A stretch of 64,000 nt of DNA from a virus (taxonomy: Duplodnaviria > Heunggongvirae > Uroviricota > Caudoviricetes). Position numbers and translations under genes: made by a program. Below the pieces are notes generated by a model. It was given only the letters and a program-made list of their open reading frames with translations. It had not been told where the DNA came from and did no database searches. The stretch lies in the IMG/VR virus record IMGVR_UViG_3300029957_000005, positions 1 through 64,000 of that record. One strand, given 5' to 3'. How positions within the stretch are numbered: the stretch's first letter is position 1; the number at the start of each line of letters is the position of its first letter. Shown in pieces: positions 1 through 8,616 of this stretch.

Positions 1-118
1 GAGCAGAAAGGACCAAGATGATCTTCTTGCCGTCGACGCCGTCGAGTCTCTGATCCATGTTGCGGTACTCGGACCAGGTCTCTCCAGTCTCTGTATTCTC
101 GTAGTTGTACGTCGGCAT
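1..118 (-). CDS. hypothetical protein, N-terminal part only; start codon at 118..116, gene continues beyond window start
   Basis: Reverse-complement reads MPTYNYENTETGETWSEYRNMDQRLDGVDGKK with C-ending codons typical of this genome. TAATG overlap with upstream minus-strand ORF. Confidence 0.35.
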   Translation of the reverse strand, partial: MPTYNYENTETGETWSEYRNMDQRLDGVDGKKIILVLSA

Positions 119-351
119 TATGCTCCGGCCCTTTCGACGACCATCTTGGTCTTTGTCTTCTTCATCCATGTGTTGTAGTTGACTTCCAGGAGCCAGTGAA
201 TGGTATCCTCGGTTCCGGCCGTGATCATATCCACTTGGGGATTGATGGAGCCTTTCGGAACGGCAGCCCAGAATTTTTCAGGGTGGGAAGTGACAGGAGC
301 GTATATAGTGTGTGCGGCTTTGAATTCCGCCAATGTCATCGATTTCTGCAT
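118..351 (-). CDS. hypothetical protein (77 aa)
   Basis: ORF track; diverges from the + strand genes. No recognisable motifs. Confidence 0.4.
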   Translation of the reverse strand: MQKSMTLAEFKAAHTIYAPVTSHPEKFWAAVPKGSINPQVDMITAGTEDTIHWLLEVNYNTWMKKTKTKMVVERAGA

Positions 352-393
352 ATTCTTAGTCTAACACAGAATGGACCAAAAGTGAACGAAAAA

Positions 394-927
394 ATGCTTA
401 TTGCCTTCGATTATTCAATGACCTCACCCTCTATGACGATCTACTCGAAGGATCATTACAAATCCTTCGTCGTATCTTCGGAAAAGAAGATCCAGCCGTA
501 CGAAACCTCTCTCTTTAGCTTCTTCCCGATAATGTATCCTCTCTGGAATACCCCACAGGAAAGGTACGAGCTGATCTCGGATGCTCTCATGGCCCGCATC
601 CCGGAAGCATCAAGCTATGAGTTCGGGATCGAGTCCTACTCCATGGGATCCAAAGGGAGGGTTTTCGACATCGCCGAGGCGACTCAGATGATCAAGTACA
701 AGGTCTGGAAGAAGTACGGGAAGGAGATGCACCTGTTCTCTCCGGCCACCGTCAAGAAGGAATTCCACGGGAAGGGCAATGCCAAGAAGGAACAGATGGC
801 CGAGGCATTCCACGATCGCTTCGGGTTCAACGTCCATGATGTCGTCGTCTCGAAAATCCGAGGGTCTGCGTCCGATCTGGTGGACTCGATCGCTGTCAAC
901 GTTTGTCTGCAAAATAAATCCGTTTGA
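394..927 (+). CDS. RuvC-fold Holliday junction resolvase, at the position of T4 endonuclease VII upstream of gene 55
   Basis: N-terminal AFDYS (catalytic Asp), GIESY (Glu), C-terminal DLVDSIAVN: RuvC/YqgF-like arrangement. The long upstream extension to 196 has junk composition. Start at ATG 394 assumed; GTG 382 is an alternative. Confidence 0.55.
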   Translation: MLIAFDYSMTSPSMTIYSKDHYKSFVVSSEKKIQPYETSLFSFFPIMYPLWNTPQERYELISDALMARIPEASSYEFGIESYSMGSKGRVFDIAEATQMIKYKVWKKYGKEMHLFSPATVKKEFHGKGNAKKEQMAEAFHDRFGFNVHDVVVSKIRGSASDLVDSIAVNVCLQNKSV

Positions 928-1196
928 CGTCAACGGGTGTGACACCTTGTCACAGCTAGCCTGGATGTTCATTTGTGGTATCTTAGGCTTCTATTCTTTT
1001 TTCACTCTTGACGGAGAGCTTCAGCTCGGAGGCAGAGTGATGCACTGCAAGTGCTGTTGACTTCAACTCACTGAATCAACTGTTGTGAAGCTTTCGAAGA
1101 AAGCTGAACTTGAAGCTTCAGCTTCAAGAGTTAAATACGTGGGCGAGGAGAGTATCCCGAGTTTCGATAGATACGAGGAATAAGGGATACCACTTC

Positions 1197-2051
1197 ATGA
1201 GCACATTTACGATCAAGTCAGACTATCTCTACCAGGACGGTAAGAAGGTCACGAACGCAGCGACCAAGAAGACTTCAGGAAAATTCAAGACGGGCAACCT
1301 CAAGTTCATCGTAGTCCACTACACCGCTGGAGTCAATTTCGATGCAGACGTTTCCACTCTTTCATCCTCAGACGTTCAGGCTTCTTGTCAGCTTGTCATC
1401 TCGCCGGAAGGCAAGGTCACCCAGATCGGATCCTTCTCGGACGTTGAGTGGCATGCAGGTCGTTCTTCGTGGAAGGGACATCAGAACCTCAATTCCTATT
1501 CCATCGGCATCGAGAACACCGGACCTGGTCCTGTAGACTTTGCCTACGAAAAGGAAGGCGTCAAGTACTTCAAGTTCCCTGGAACCAGCAAGGTTCTTTG
1601 GAACGACAAGGACGACACCATCGTCTTTGCAAAGCATCCGAATGGCGGACAGGCAAGATACTGGGTTCAGTTCACTCCTGCCCAGATGGAAGCCATGGAT
1701 GGAATCATCACGGCCCTCATGGCTGCATATCCTTCGATCAAGGAAGTCGTCGGCCACGACATGATCGCTCCAGACAGAAAGATCGATCCAGGTCCTTCTC
1801 TCCCAGCCGGCTTCTACTCCAAGTACAACCAGGCAGGAGCAGCAGCTCAGCCGAAGGTTCTTGTGGTCTCCAACACCAAGGGATCCGGACTCAACGTCCG
1901 TTCCGGACAGGGAACTACGTTCCCTCGATTGGTTCTCCTCACTGACGGTTCAAAGGTAACCGAACTAGAGAGGCAGAACCTCTGGGTCAAGGTCAGAACG
2001 GCCGCTGGCGTAGAGGGTTGGGCTTCTCGAGATTATCTCAAGGTGTCCTAA
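1197..2051 (+). CDS. endolysin: N-acetylmuramoyl-L-alanine amidase (Amidase_2/PGRP) with C-terminal SH3b-like domain
   Basis: KFIVVHYTAG, EWHAG, SIGIENTGPG and GHDMIAPDRKIDPGP are classic amidase_2 motifs. C-terminal NVRSGQG...WVKVR...GWASRDYL is SH3b-like. AAGGGA RBS 10 nt upstream of ATG 1197. Confidence 0.8.
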   Translation: MSTFTIKSDYLYQDGKKVTNAATKKTSGKFKTGNLKFIVVHYTAGVNFDADVSTLSSSDVQASCQLVISPEGKVTQIGSFSDVEWHAGRSSWKGHQNLNSYSIGIENTGPGPVDFAYEKEGVKYFKFPGTSKVLWNDKDDTIVFAKHPNGGQARYWVQFTPAQMEAMDGIITALMAAYPSIKEVVGHDMIAPDRKIDPGPSLPAGFYSKYNQAGAAAQPKVLVVSNTKGSGLNVRSGQGTTFPRLVLLTDGSKVTELERQNLWVKVRTAAGVEGWASRDYLKVS

Positions 2052-2060
2052 ACCCCGATC

Positions 2061-2351
2061 ATGACTAATCCTGCCGTAGCTGCTCTTGCGAGCGATGAAG
2101 AGATTCGAGTCCTCCAGAAGATTGAAAAGCTCCTGGACGAGACCGACTACGACCCCATTGCTCCGTTCACTCCGGAGGAACAGAAGATCATCAGACAGAT
2201 GATCACAATCTACCAGACCCTTATTTCCTTCGGTAGAGTTGGCGTATTTGCAAAGAACCTAATCATTGGTGCTGCTGCCTTCCTGGCAGCCTGGCTTGTT
2301 GTGTATTCGTGGGCTGTCGGCAACTTGAAGTCTATGCTGGGAATCGAATGA
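2061..2351 (+). CDS. small membrane protein, holin-like; follows the endolysin
   Basis: 96 aa with C-terminal TM helix LIIGAAAFLAAWLVVYSWAV. Position in a lysis cassette. Confidence 0.45.
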   Translation: MTNPAVAALASDEEIRVLQKIEKLLDETDYDPIAPFTPEEQKIIRQMITIYQTLISFGRVGVFAKNLIIGAAAFLAAWLVVYSWAVGNLKSMLGIE

Positions 2352-2551
2352 CTTTTCCTCTATCTCTGGCGCAAAAGATCGTTATCGTTCAGTGGGTTCT
2401 CGGGTTTATGGGTGCTTGGTTGGTTTTCTCGACGGTATCGTCCGTCAAGGACTCGATCAACGGAGCCTCTGAAGCCGATGTGAGAATCGTGGAAACCACT
2501 CCGATGATCAAAGCTCCATATCCTTTGAAGACCCTCCAGTCTCCGAACTAA
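2348..2551 (+). CDS. small membrane protein (holin/antiholin-like)
   Basis: ATGA overlap with preceding stop. TM helix IVIVQWVLGFMGAWLVFSTV. Confidence 0.4.
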   Translation: MTFPLSLAQKIVIVQWVLGFMGAWLVFSTVSSVKDSINGASEADVRIVETTPMIKAPYPLKTLQSPN

Positions 2552-2560
2552 TTTTTCGGT

Positions 2561-2590
2561 GTACATTTCCGTAAGAAAAACGGTATAATG
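2561..2590 (+). promoter_or_regulatory. sigma70-like promoter TGTACA-N18-TATAAT upstream of gene 55
   Basis: TGTACA at 2561, TATAAT at 2585. GTGTACAT motif recurs at 30218 and 35307. Confidence 0.3.
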
Positions 2591-2598
2591 TACTCATA

Positions 2599-3144
2599 AT
2601 GAACAACAAAGTCCAACCGGTCAAGAAGACCACAAAGATCTACGTAGACAACAAAGCCCTCTACGAGAACATCCGAGATGTTTACTATCCACTGGTCAAG
2701 GAATGGAGAGCCGAGGGAAGACCCGGCAATCCACCTCCGATCACGGATCATATGGCCAAGGCGATATTCCTGATTTCCAAGAACTTCTGTCTCTATCGAA
2801 AGTTCTATCACCTTAGGCATATTCACGACGATCTGGCATCCTATGCTTCCTTGACCGTCATGAAGTACATCCACAACTTCAACCCCGACAAGTACGACAA
2901 GCCATTTGCGTACATCACCCGGATCGTCAACAACGCCTTCCTCCAGTACCTCAAGCAAGAGTCCAAGAACAACAAGGCCAAGACAGTCGCGGCCCAACAG
3001 ATGCTGTTCGATCAGATGATGAATGAGGATCCGGAGAACTCCTATGTCGAGCTCCTTACCGGGAAGATCGAGTCAGACAAGATGGAAGACGAACGCTTCG
3101 AGAAGAACAACGAAGAGTTCAAGAAGAGGCATGCTGCAGAATGA
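2599..3144 (+). CDS. 55: late-transcription sigma factor gp55
   Basis: Collinear similarity to T4 gp55 (YVDNKALYENI, AKAIFLISKNF, KPFAYITRIVNNAFLQYLK). Size 181 aa vs 185 in T4. Confidence 0.85.
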   Translation: MNNKVQPVKKTTKIYVDNKALYENIRDVYYPLVKEWRAEGRPGNPPPITDHMAKAIFLISKNFCLYRKFYHLRHIHDDLASYASLTVMKYIHNFNPDKYDKPFAYITRIVNNAFLQYLKQESKNNKAKTVAAQQMLFDQMMNEDPENSYVELLTGKIESDKMEDERFEKNNEEFKKRHAAE

Positions 3145-4232
3145 AGATTGCAATCCTGAACGACCTCCACTTCGGAGCCAGAAATGGCCAGAGCCACCTG
3201 GAAGCTGAGACCAAGAAGTTCTTCAAGGATGTCTTCATTCCGTATGTGATCGAGAACGAGATCTCGGACGTCATCATCGCCGGAGATCTATTCGACGATC
3301 GCAAACAGATCAATGTCAAGACCTTCAACATGGCCGCCGAGTTCTTCCACGACACCGAGTTCCTGAACTACCGGATCATCCCAGGCAATCACGATCTCTA
3401 CTACAAGAACACCATTCGTCCGAACTCCATTGAACCCTTCGTGGCCAACTATCCGAATGTGGAGTTCGTCGGTGTCCCGACGGTCTATGAGTACGATGGC
3501 TACCCGATCCACCTGATCCCTTGGATCTGTCTGGAGAACGAGGAGCTGTGCCTGGAAGCGATCCAGTCCAAGAAGGCCAGGACCTTGATCACCCATACGG
3601 ACATCATCGGCTCCCAGTCCGTGCCTGGTGTCTTCATGGAGCACGGGTTTTCGATGGAGACCTTCTATGACTACGACCACGTCCTAAATGGACACATCCA
3701 TACCAAGTCCCGGATCGGCGGTAACATCATCAATCTCGGAACCCAGTATCAGATGAACTGGTCGGACTACGGTCAGAAGAAGGGCTTCCACGTCTTCGAT
3801 ACCAAGACCATCGACCTGACCTTCGTCCCGAACCCAAGGGACATCTACGTCAAGATCCACTACACCGACAACCTGATCGAAGGATGGGATCCGATCGAGT
3901 GGCTCCTTGCCAACTCCGAGTTCTTCGAGAAGAAGTTCATCAAGGTCATCGTCTCCGGAGAGGTCAATCGATACGTTCTCGACAAGGCCATGAACATTCT
4001 TAACACGGATGTGGAAACCTATGATATAAAGGTCATTGAGGATGTCCAGGGCCTGTTCGTAGATGAGAACTTGTCTGCCGATCTCCTTTCCCAAACCAAG
4101 TCGACCATCCACATCATCCATGACGTCATAGATGAAACTCCGATGGATAAGAACATCAAGAAGGACGTGCTCAAAGCACTGATGTCCAAGTTCTATTCCG
4201 ACGCATTGAACAGAGTAGCCTATAGCGAATAA
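3141..4232 (+). CDS. 47: recombination endonuclease subunit gp47 (Mre11/SbcD-like)
   Basis: MKIAILNDLHFG, GDLFDDRK, GNHDLYYKN, IPW phosphoesterase motifs collinear with T4 gp47. ATGA overlap with gene 55. Confidence 0.9.
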   Translation: MKIAILNDLHFGARNGQSHLEAETKKFFKDVFIPYVIENEISDVIIAGDLFDDRKQINVKTFNMAAEFFHDTEFLNYRIIPGNHDLYYKNTIRPNSIEPFVANYPNVEFVGVPTVYEYDGYPIHLIPWICLENEELCLEAIQSKKARTLITHTDIIGSQSVPGVFMEHGFSMETFYDYDHVLNGHIHTKSRIGGNIINLGTQYQMNWSDYGQKKGFHVFDTKTIDLTFVPNPRDIYVKIHYTDNLIEGWDPIEWLLANSEFFEKKFIKVIVSGEVNRYVLDKAMNILNTDVETYDIKVIEDVQGLFVDENLSADLLSQTKSTIHIIHDVIDETPMDKNIKKDVLKALMSKFYSDALNRVAYSE

Positions 4233-5932
4233 TGCTGATTTTCAAAAAAGTACGATTCAAGAACCTCATGTCCTATGGAAACACCTGGACCGAGGTGACC
4301 CTGGACTCTCACGACTCGACTCTCATCATCGGCAAGAACGGGATGGGCAAGTCTACCATCCTCGAAGCAATCACCTTCGGACTCTACGGAAAGTCCTATC
4401 GCAAGATCAAGAAGGAACAGTTGGTCAATACGATCAACGAGAAGGACTGTGTTGTTGAAGTCTACTTCGAGGTCAATAATGGGTCATATATGGTTCGTAG
4501 AGGCATCAAGCCGGTCATATTTGAAGTCTTCTACAACGGCACCTTGATGAATCAGGACAACAAGAACCGGGACTACCAGAAGATCCTCGAGCAGCAGATC
4601 GTCAAGATGTCCTATCGAACCTTCACCCAGATGGTCGTCCTCGGCGCAGCCAAGTATGTTCCATTCATGGCCCTTCCGACCTGGCAGAGACGAGAATTCA
4701 CCGAGGAGCTCCTGGACTTGTCCATCTTCTCAGTGATCGCCGCCATCGTCAAGGAGACTATCGGCGAGCACAAAGTCGAACTAACCGAACTCCAAACTAA
4801 GATAAAGCTGGTCAAGAATTCGATCGATGAGAACAAGGAATTTCTTTCGCACATCCAATCCAATAAGGATTCTCAGATCCTCGAATTCGAAAAGGACCTA
4901 CTCGAAGCTGAGGCGAGAATTCAAGAGACTGATCAGAAACTGGCGGACGTCCAGAACGACATGAAGGGTCTTCCCTCGGATGAAGAAGTCGCGGCTCTCA
5001 AGGACGACCTTGACGAGCTCAACGGCCAGATCCGTGAGAAGGCTTCCATCATCGCCAAGGACTCAAAGGAGATCAAGTTCTACCACGATCATGATCACTG
5101 CCCGACCTGTGCCCAGACGATCGATGCCAAGTTCAAGACGCACGTGTGCTCTTCCTTGGACGATAGGGTGACCAAGGCGACCGTCTCCAGAGAGAAGCTG
5201 AAGGAACAGTACGATGTTCTTCTCCAGTCCTACAACGACGTCCTGAGCAGAGTAAATGAGGTCAAGTCCAAGCACATCAAGGTCCTGACCGAGTCCCAGT
5301 CCCACAACTCGATCATCGTCAAGATCAAGAAGAGGATCGAGAAGCTCAGGAAGACCGAGGATGGATCCTATTCCTCCTACCAGGAGAAGCTGGACGAGTT
5401 GATCAAGACCTTCCAGGAGTACGAAGCATCCTACAAGAAGGGCATCGCCAAGCTCAAGTACTTCGACCTCTGCCTCCGTCTCTCGTCCGACACGGGCATC
5501 AAGGCCAAGATCATTCAGACCTACCTCCCGATGCTCAACACCCTGATCAACAAGTACCTGGCCATGATGGACTTCTATGTGTCCTTCTACCTGGACGAGA
5601 ACTTCGATGAGACCATCAAGTCTCGCTATCGAGACAACTTCACCTACGGATCCTTCTCCGAAGGAGAGGCGTCTCGCCTCAACCTTGGCCTTCTGTTCTC
5701 CTTCCTGGAGCTGGCCAAGATCAAGAACTCGATCCAGACGAATCTCCTGTTCATGGACGAGTTGTTCGATAGCTCCATGGATCAGGAAGGCGTCGAGTTC
5801 GTCTCCAAGCTCCTCAAGGATGCGGACATGAACGTCTTTGTGATCTCACACAACGATCGCCTCCGCGACAAGTTCCAAAGGTGCCTACTCGCCGAGAAGC
5901 ACGGCAACTTTTCCGTCCTGGATGAAATCTAA
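4232..5932 (+). CDS. 46: recombination endonuclease subunit gp46 (Rad50/SbcC-like ATPase)
   Basis: Walker A GKNGMGKSTILEAITFGLYGK, central coiled coil with CPTC zinc hook, C-terminal signature/Walker B LLFMDE. Confidence 0.9.
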   Translation: MLIFKKVRFKNLMSYGNTWTEVTLDSHDSTLIIGKNGMGKSTILEAITFGLYGKSYRKIKKEQLVNTINEKDCVVEVYFEVNNGSYMVRRGIKPVIFEVFYNGTLMNQDNKNRDYQKILEQQIVKMSYRTFTQMVVLGAAKYVPFMALPTWQRREFTEELLDLSIFSVIAAIVKETIGEHKVELTELQTKIKLVKNSIDENKEFLSHIQSNKDSQILEFEKDLLEAEARIQETDQKLADVQNDMKGLPSDEEVAALKDDLDELNGQIREKASIIAKDSKEIKFYHDHDHCPTCAQTIDAKFKTHVCSSLDDRVTKATVSREKLKEQYDVLLQSYNDVLSRVNEVKSKHIKVLTESQSHNSIIVKIKKRIEKLRKTEDGSYSSYQEKLDELIKTFQEYEASYKKGIAKLKYFDLCLRLSSDTGIKAKIIQTYLPMLNTLINKYLAMMDFYVSFYLDENFDETIKSRYRDNFTYGSFSEGEASRLNLGLLFSFLELAKIKNSIQTNLLFMDELFDSSMDQEGVEFVSKLLKDADMNVFVISHNDRLRDKFQRCLLAEKHGNFSVLDEI

Positions 5933-5988
5933 AGGTTTCATCCGGTCCCATAATGTGATACGATACATCTAAATCAGAAAGGCTAACA

Positions 5989-6672
5989 ATGAAGCTTAGT
6001 GAACAGACCCTCAAGGTCTTGAAGAATTTCTCGTCCATCCATTCCAACATCGTGATCGAGCCAGGATCGGAGATCCGTACTCGAAACGAGTCCAAGTCCA
6101 TCGGCGCCAGGTTCAGATGCCCAGAGACCTTTTCCAAGGAGATCTCCCTATTCTCCTTGAATGAATTCATCTCCATCCATGGCATCTTCAAGGAACCGGA
6201 GATCCAGCTCGAGGACAAGTTCCTCATGCTCTCGGATCAGTTCGGCAAGCAGAAGATCACCTATGCCAACAAGGCAGCCCTGACCTATGCCGACAAGATC
6301 CCCGGGAAGCTGGAGTACAATCACGAGTTCGAACTTAAATCCGATCTCCTGACCCGTCTCAAGCAGGCCATTGCAGCCAACGGCTTCGAGTTCATCGCCT
6401 TCAATTCGACCGGAGGCAGGTTCTCGATCATCGCCGGTGATCTGAACAAGGACACCAAGGACTTCGATCCGAGCTCCAATCTCTACACCATCGACATCGG
6501 CGAAGAGGCATCCCAGGACTTCAACATCGTGGTCTCAACGAACGATCTGATCATGCTCAACGACACCTATCAGGTCGGCATCTTCTTCAATGAGAAAGCC
6601 AAGATCATCCACTTCTACAACGAGACGATCGACTATTGGATCAGCATGCAGAAATTCTCACGCTTCGGCTGA
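5989..6672 (+). CDS. 45: sliding clamp gp45
   Basis: N-terminus MKLSEQTLKVLKNFSSIHSNI vs T4 gp45 MKLSKDTTALLKNFATINSGI. 227 aa. Confidence 0.85.
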   Translation: MKLSEQTLKVLKNFSSIHSNIVIEPGSEIRTRNESKSIGARFRCPETFSKEISLFSLNEFISIHGIFKEPEIQLEDKFLMLSDQFGKQKITYANKAALTYADKIPGKLEYNHEFELKSDLLTRLKQAIAANGFEFIAFNSTGGRFSIIAGDLNKDTKDFDPSSNLYTIDIGEEASQDFNIVVSTNDLIMLNDTYQVGIFFNEKAKIIHFYNETIDYWISMQKFSRFG

Positions 6673-6693
6673 GCCTGTGATAGAGTGAAATTA

Positions 6694-6730
6694 GCCGACG
6701 GTTCTCACAAGGGCCGTCGGCATCTTTATT
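6694..6730 (+). terminator. rho-independent terminator after gene 45
   Basis: GCCGACGG-12nt loop-CCGTCGGC stem followed by ATCTTTATT. Confidence 0.5.
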
Positions 6731-6745
6731 GAACGAAAGCAAATC

Positions 6746-7708
6746 ATGAGCAAGATCACATCAAATCTAGACCAATGGATCTGGGTCGAGAAGTATCGTC
6801 CTCAGACTCTCGACGAATGCATCCTTCCTGAGAAGATCAAGAACGACCTCCTCGCCTTCAAGGACAAGGGCAACCTTCCGAATGCTATCTTCGCCGGAGG
6901 AGCCGGAACAGGCAAGACCACAGCGGCCAAGGCCTTCTGTAAGGAACTCGGATTGGACTACATGTTCCTCCAGGGCTCCGGCAAGGACCGCGGCATCGAC
7001 ACCATCAGAAACAAGATGGAGAAGTTTGCCACGGCAGTATCCTGGGATGACTCAGACCGCCGCAAGGTAGTCATCATCGACGAGGCTGAAAATCTGACCA
7101 CCGATGCTCAGCTCGCCCTCAGGTCCTTCATTGAAGAGAACGCAGACAACTGCGGCTTCATCTTCACCGCCAACTATCCAGGTCGCTTCATCGAGGCCCT
7201 GGTTTCCAGAATGCACGTGATCGAATTCAAGATCCCGAAGAACGAGAAGACCAAGCTGGCCATCCAGTTCCTCAAGCGTCTGGTCGGCATCCTCAAGGCA
7301 GAGGGCATCGAGGACTATTCCGAAGAAGTCCTCAAGACTCTTGTCCAGAAATACTTCCCGGACATGAGGCGCATCCTGAACGCCCTCCAGCACTACTCCT
7401 CGACCGGCAAGATCGATGCCGGCGTTCTCGACTTCATCAAGAGGGCAGACTGCGCTGAGCTCGTGGAGTTCATGAAGGACCGTGAGTGGAACAAGATGCG
7501 CAAGTGGATCGGCGAGAACGTGGACGATCCGGCCGAGGTCATCCTCGATCTCTATCAGAATTGTGCAAAGTACTTCAAGACTGCGTCCCTCCCACAGGCC
7601 ATCATTTACCTGAATGAGGCCCAGAAGGACCACGTCATGGCCATCGACAAGCAGCTATCCCTGGCTGCGAATCTGACTAACATGATGGGGAACCTGGAGT
7701 TCGAATGA
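6746..7708 (+). CDS. 44: clamp loader large subunit gp44 (AAA+)
   Basis: EKYRPQTLDECILPE, Walker A GGAGTGKTT, Walker B VVIIDEAE, FIFTANYP; collinear with T4 gp44. Confidence 0.9.
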   Translation: MSKITSNLDQWIWVEKYRPQTLDECILPEKIKNDLLAFKDKGNLPNAIFAGGAGTGKTTAAKAFCKELGLDYMFLQGSGKDRGIDTIRNKMEKFATAVSWDDSDRRKVVIIDEAENLTTDAQLALRSFIEENADNCGFIFTANYPGRFIEALVSRMHVIEFKIPKNEKTKLAIQFLKRLVGILKAEGIEDYSEEVLKTLVQKYFPDMRRILNALQHYSSTGKIDAGVLDFIKRADCAELVEFMKDREWNKMRKWIGENVDDPAEVILDLYQNCAKYFKTASLPQAIIYLNEAQKDHVMAIDKQLSLAANLTNMMGNLEFE

Positions 7709-8127
7709 CCACACCCTTCGACTGGATCAATAGCATCTGCACCGACAACAAGAATGCGGTCATCGAAGGAAAGCTGGACCCGAGAGAGTACAACTCATTC
7801 ATCGTGAATCGTGGGTTGTCTCTCTACGAGGACACCATCGCCTACGCTCAGCAGATGAACCTTAGACCGGACATTCCGGCCGAGGCTCAGTATCACTTTC
7901 TTCACGGCCTGGTGTCCAAGAAGAGACGCTTCTCCAAGTGGCCGAAGATGGACATAACCAAATTGGATAAGGACCTGTACGATGTACTGCAGGACAAATA
8001 TAGATACTCTCTGGAGAAGTGTATCGAAATTTCCAGGATCCTGTCCGATGAACAGAAGAAGACCCTGATCGATCTGCATATTGCTCCTGTGATGAAGAAG
8101 AGCAAGTCGAGGGATGGCACAGAATGA
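7705..8127 (+). CDS. 62: clamp loader small subunit gp62-like
   Basis: Position between 44 and regA, ATGA overlap with 44. Weak N-terminal similarity to gp62. Confidence 0.6.
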   Translation: MTTPFDWINSICTDNKNAVIEGKLDPREYNSFIVNRGLSLYEDTIAYAQQMNLRPDIPAEAQYHFLHGLVSKKRRFSKWPKMDITKLDKDLYDVLQDKYRYSLEKCIEISRILSDEQKKTLIDLHIAPVMKKSKSRDGTE

Positions 8128-8584
8128 ACAGGGAGATCTCATCATTGAGATCAGAGACTTCTCCGGCTCGGAAATCTATACTCTCGAAGCCATCCGCGTA
8201 ACAATCAAGCCAGAGAACTTCCTCAAGATCAAAGAGACGCTCCAGCGAATGGGGATCTACTCTGATCGAGACGGAACTCTCTGGCAGACTGCGCACATCC
8301 TCCACAAGCGAGGGTTCTACTACATCCTCCACTTCAAAGAACTATTTGCCCTCGACGGAAAGAGTGTAAACTTCTCCGCCGAGGACGAGATTCGTCGTAG
8401 CTACATCGTAGCCCTCCTCGAGAAGTGGAACCTTCTGACCATCTCGGATCCGAAGGTTCTTCTGGATGTTCGAAAGGACATCATCGAAGGCACAAAGCCG
8501 ACCAATCTGACAATCCTCCCACATACGTCAAGAACGAAGGTTCGACTCAGATCAAAATATGAGATCGGTGCCAAAAAAGTTTGA
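8114..8584 (+). CDS. regA: translational repressor RegA
   Basis: IRVTIKPENFLKIKETLQRMGIY...HILHKRGFYYILHFKE collinear with T4 RegA. ORF has about 30 aa N-terminal extension relative to T4 RegA and overlaps 62 by 14 nt. Confidence 0.8.
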   Translation: MAQNEQGDLIIEIRDFSGSEIYTLEAIRVTIKPENFLKIKETLQRMGIYSDRDGTLWQTAHILHKRGFYYILHFKELFALDGKSVNFSAEDEIRRSYIVALLEKWNLLTISDPKVLLDVRKDIIEGTKPTNLTILPHTSRTKVRLRSKYEIGAKKV

Positions 8585-8610
8585 ACATTTCGTCACTTCT
8601 TTGATATAAT
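8581..8610 (+). promoter_or_regulatory. sigma70-like promoter TTGAAC-N18-TATAAT upstream of DNA polymerase gene
   Basis: Hexamers read directly from sequence; 7 nt before ATG 8617 region. Confidence 0.3.
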
Positions 8611-8616
8611 GGGTAT

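Noticed and set aside
196-393. Upstream extension of the RuvC-like ORF
   Set aside because: Overlaps the divergent minus-strand gene and has atypical composition. The conserved domain begins at ATG 394.
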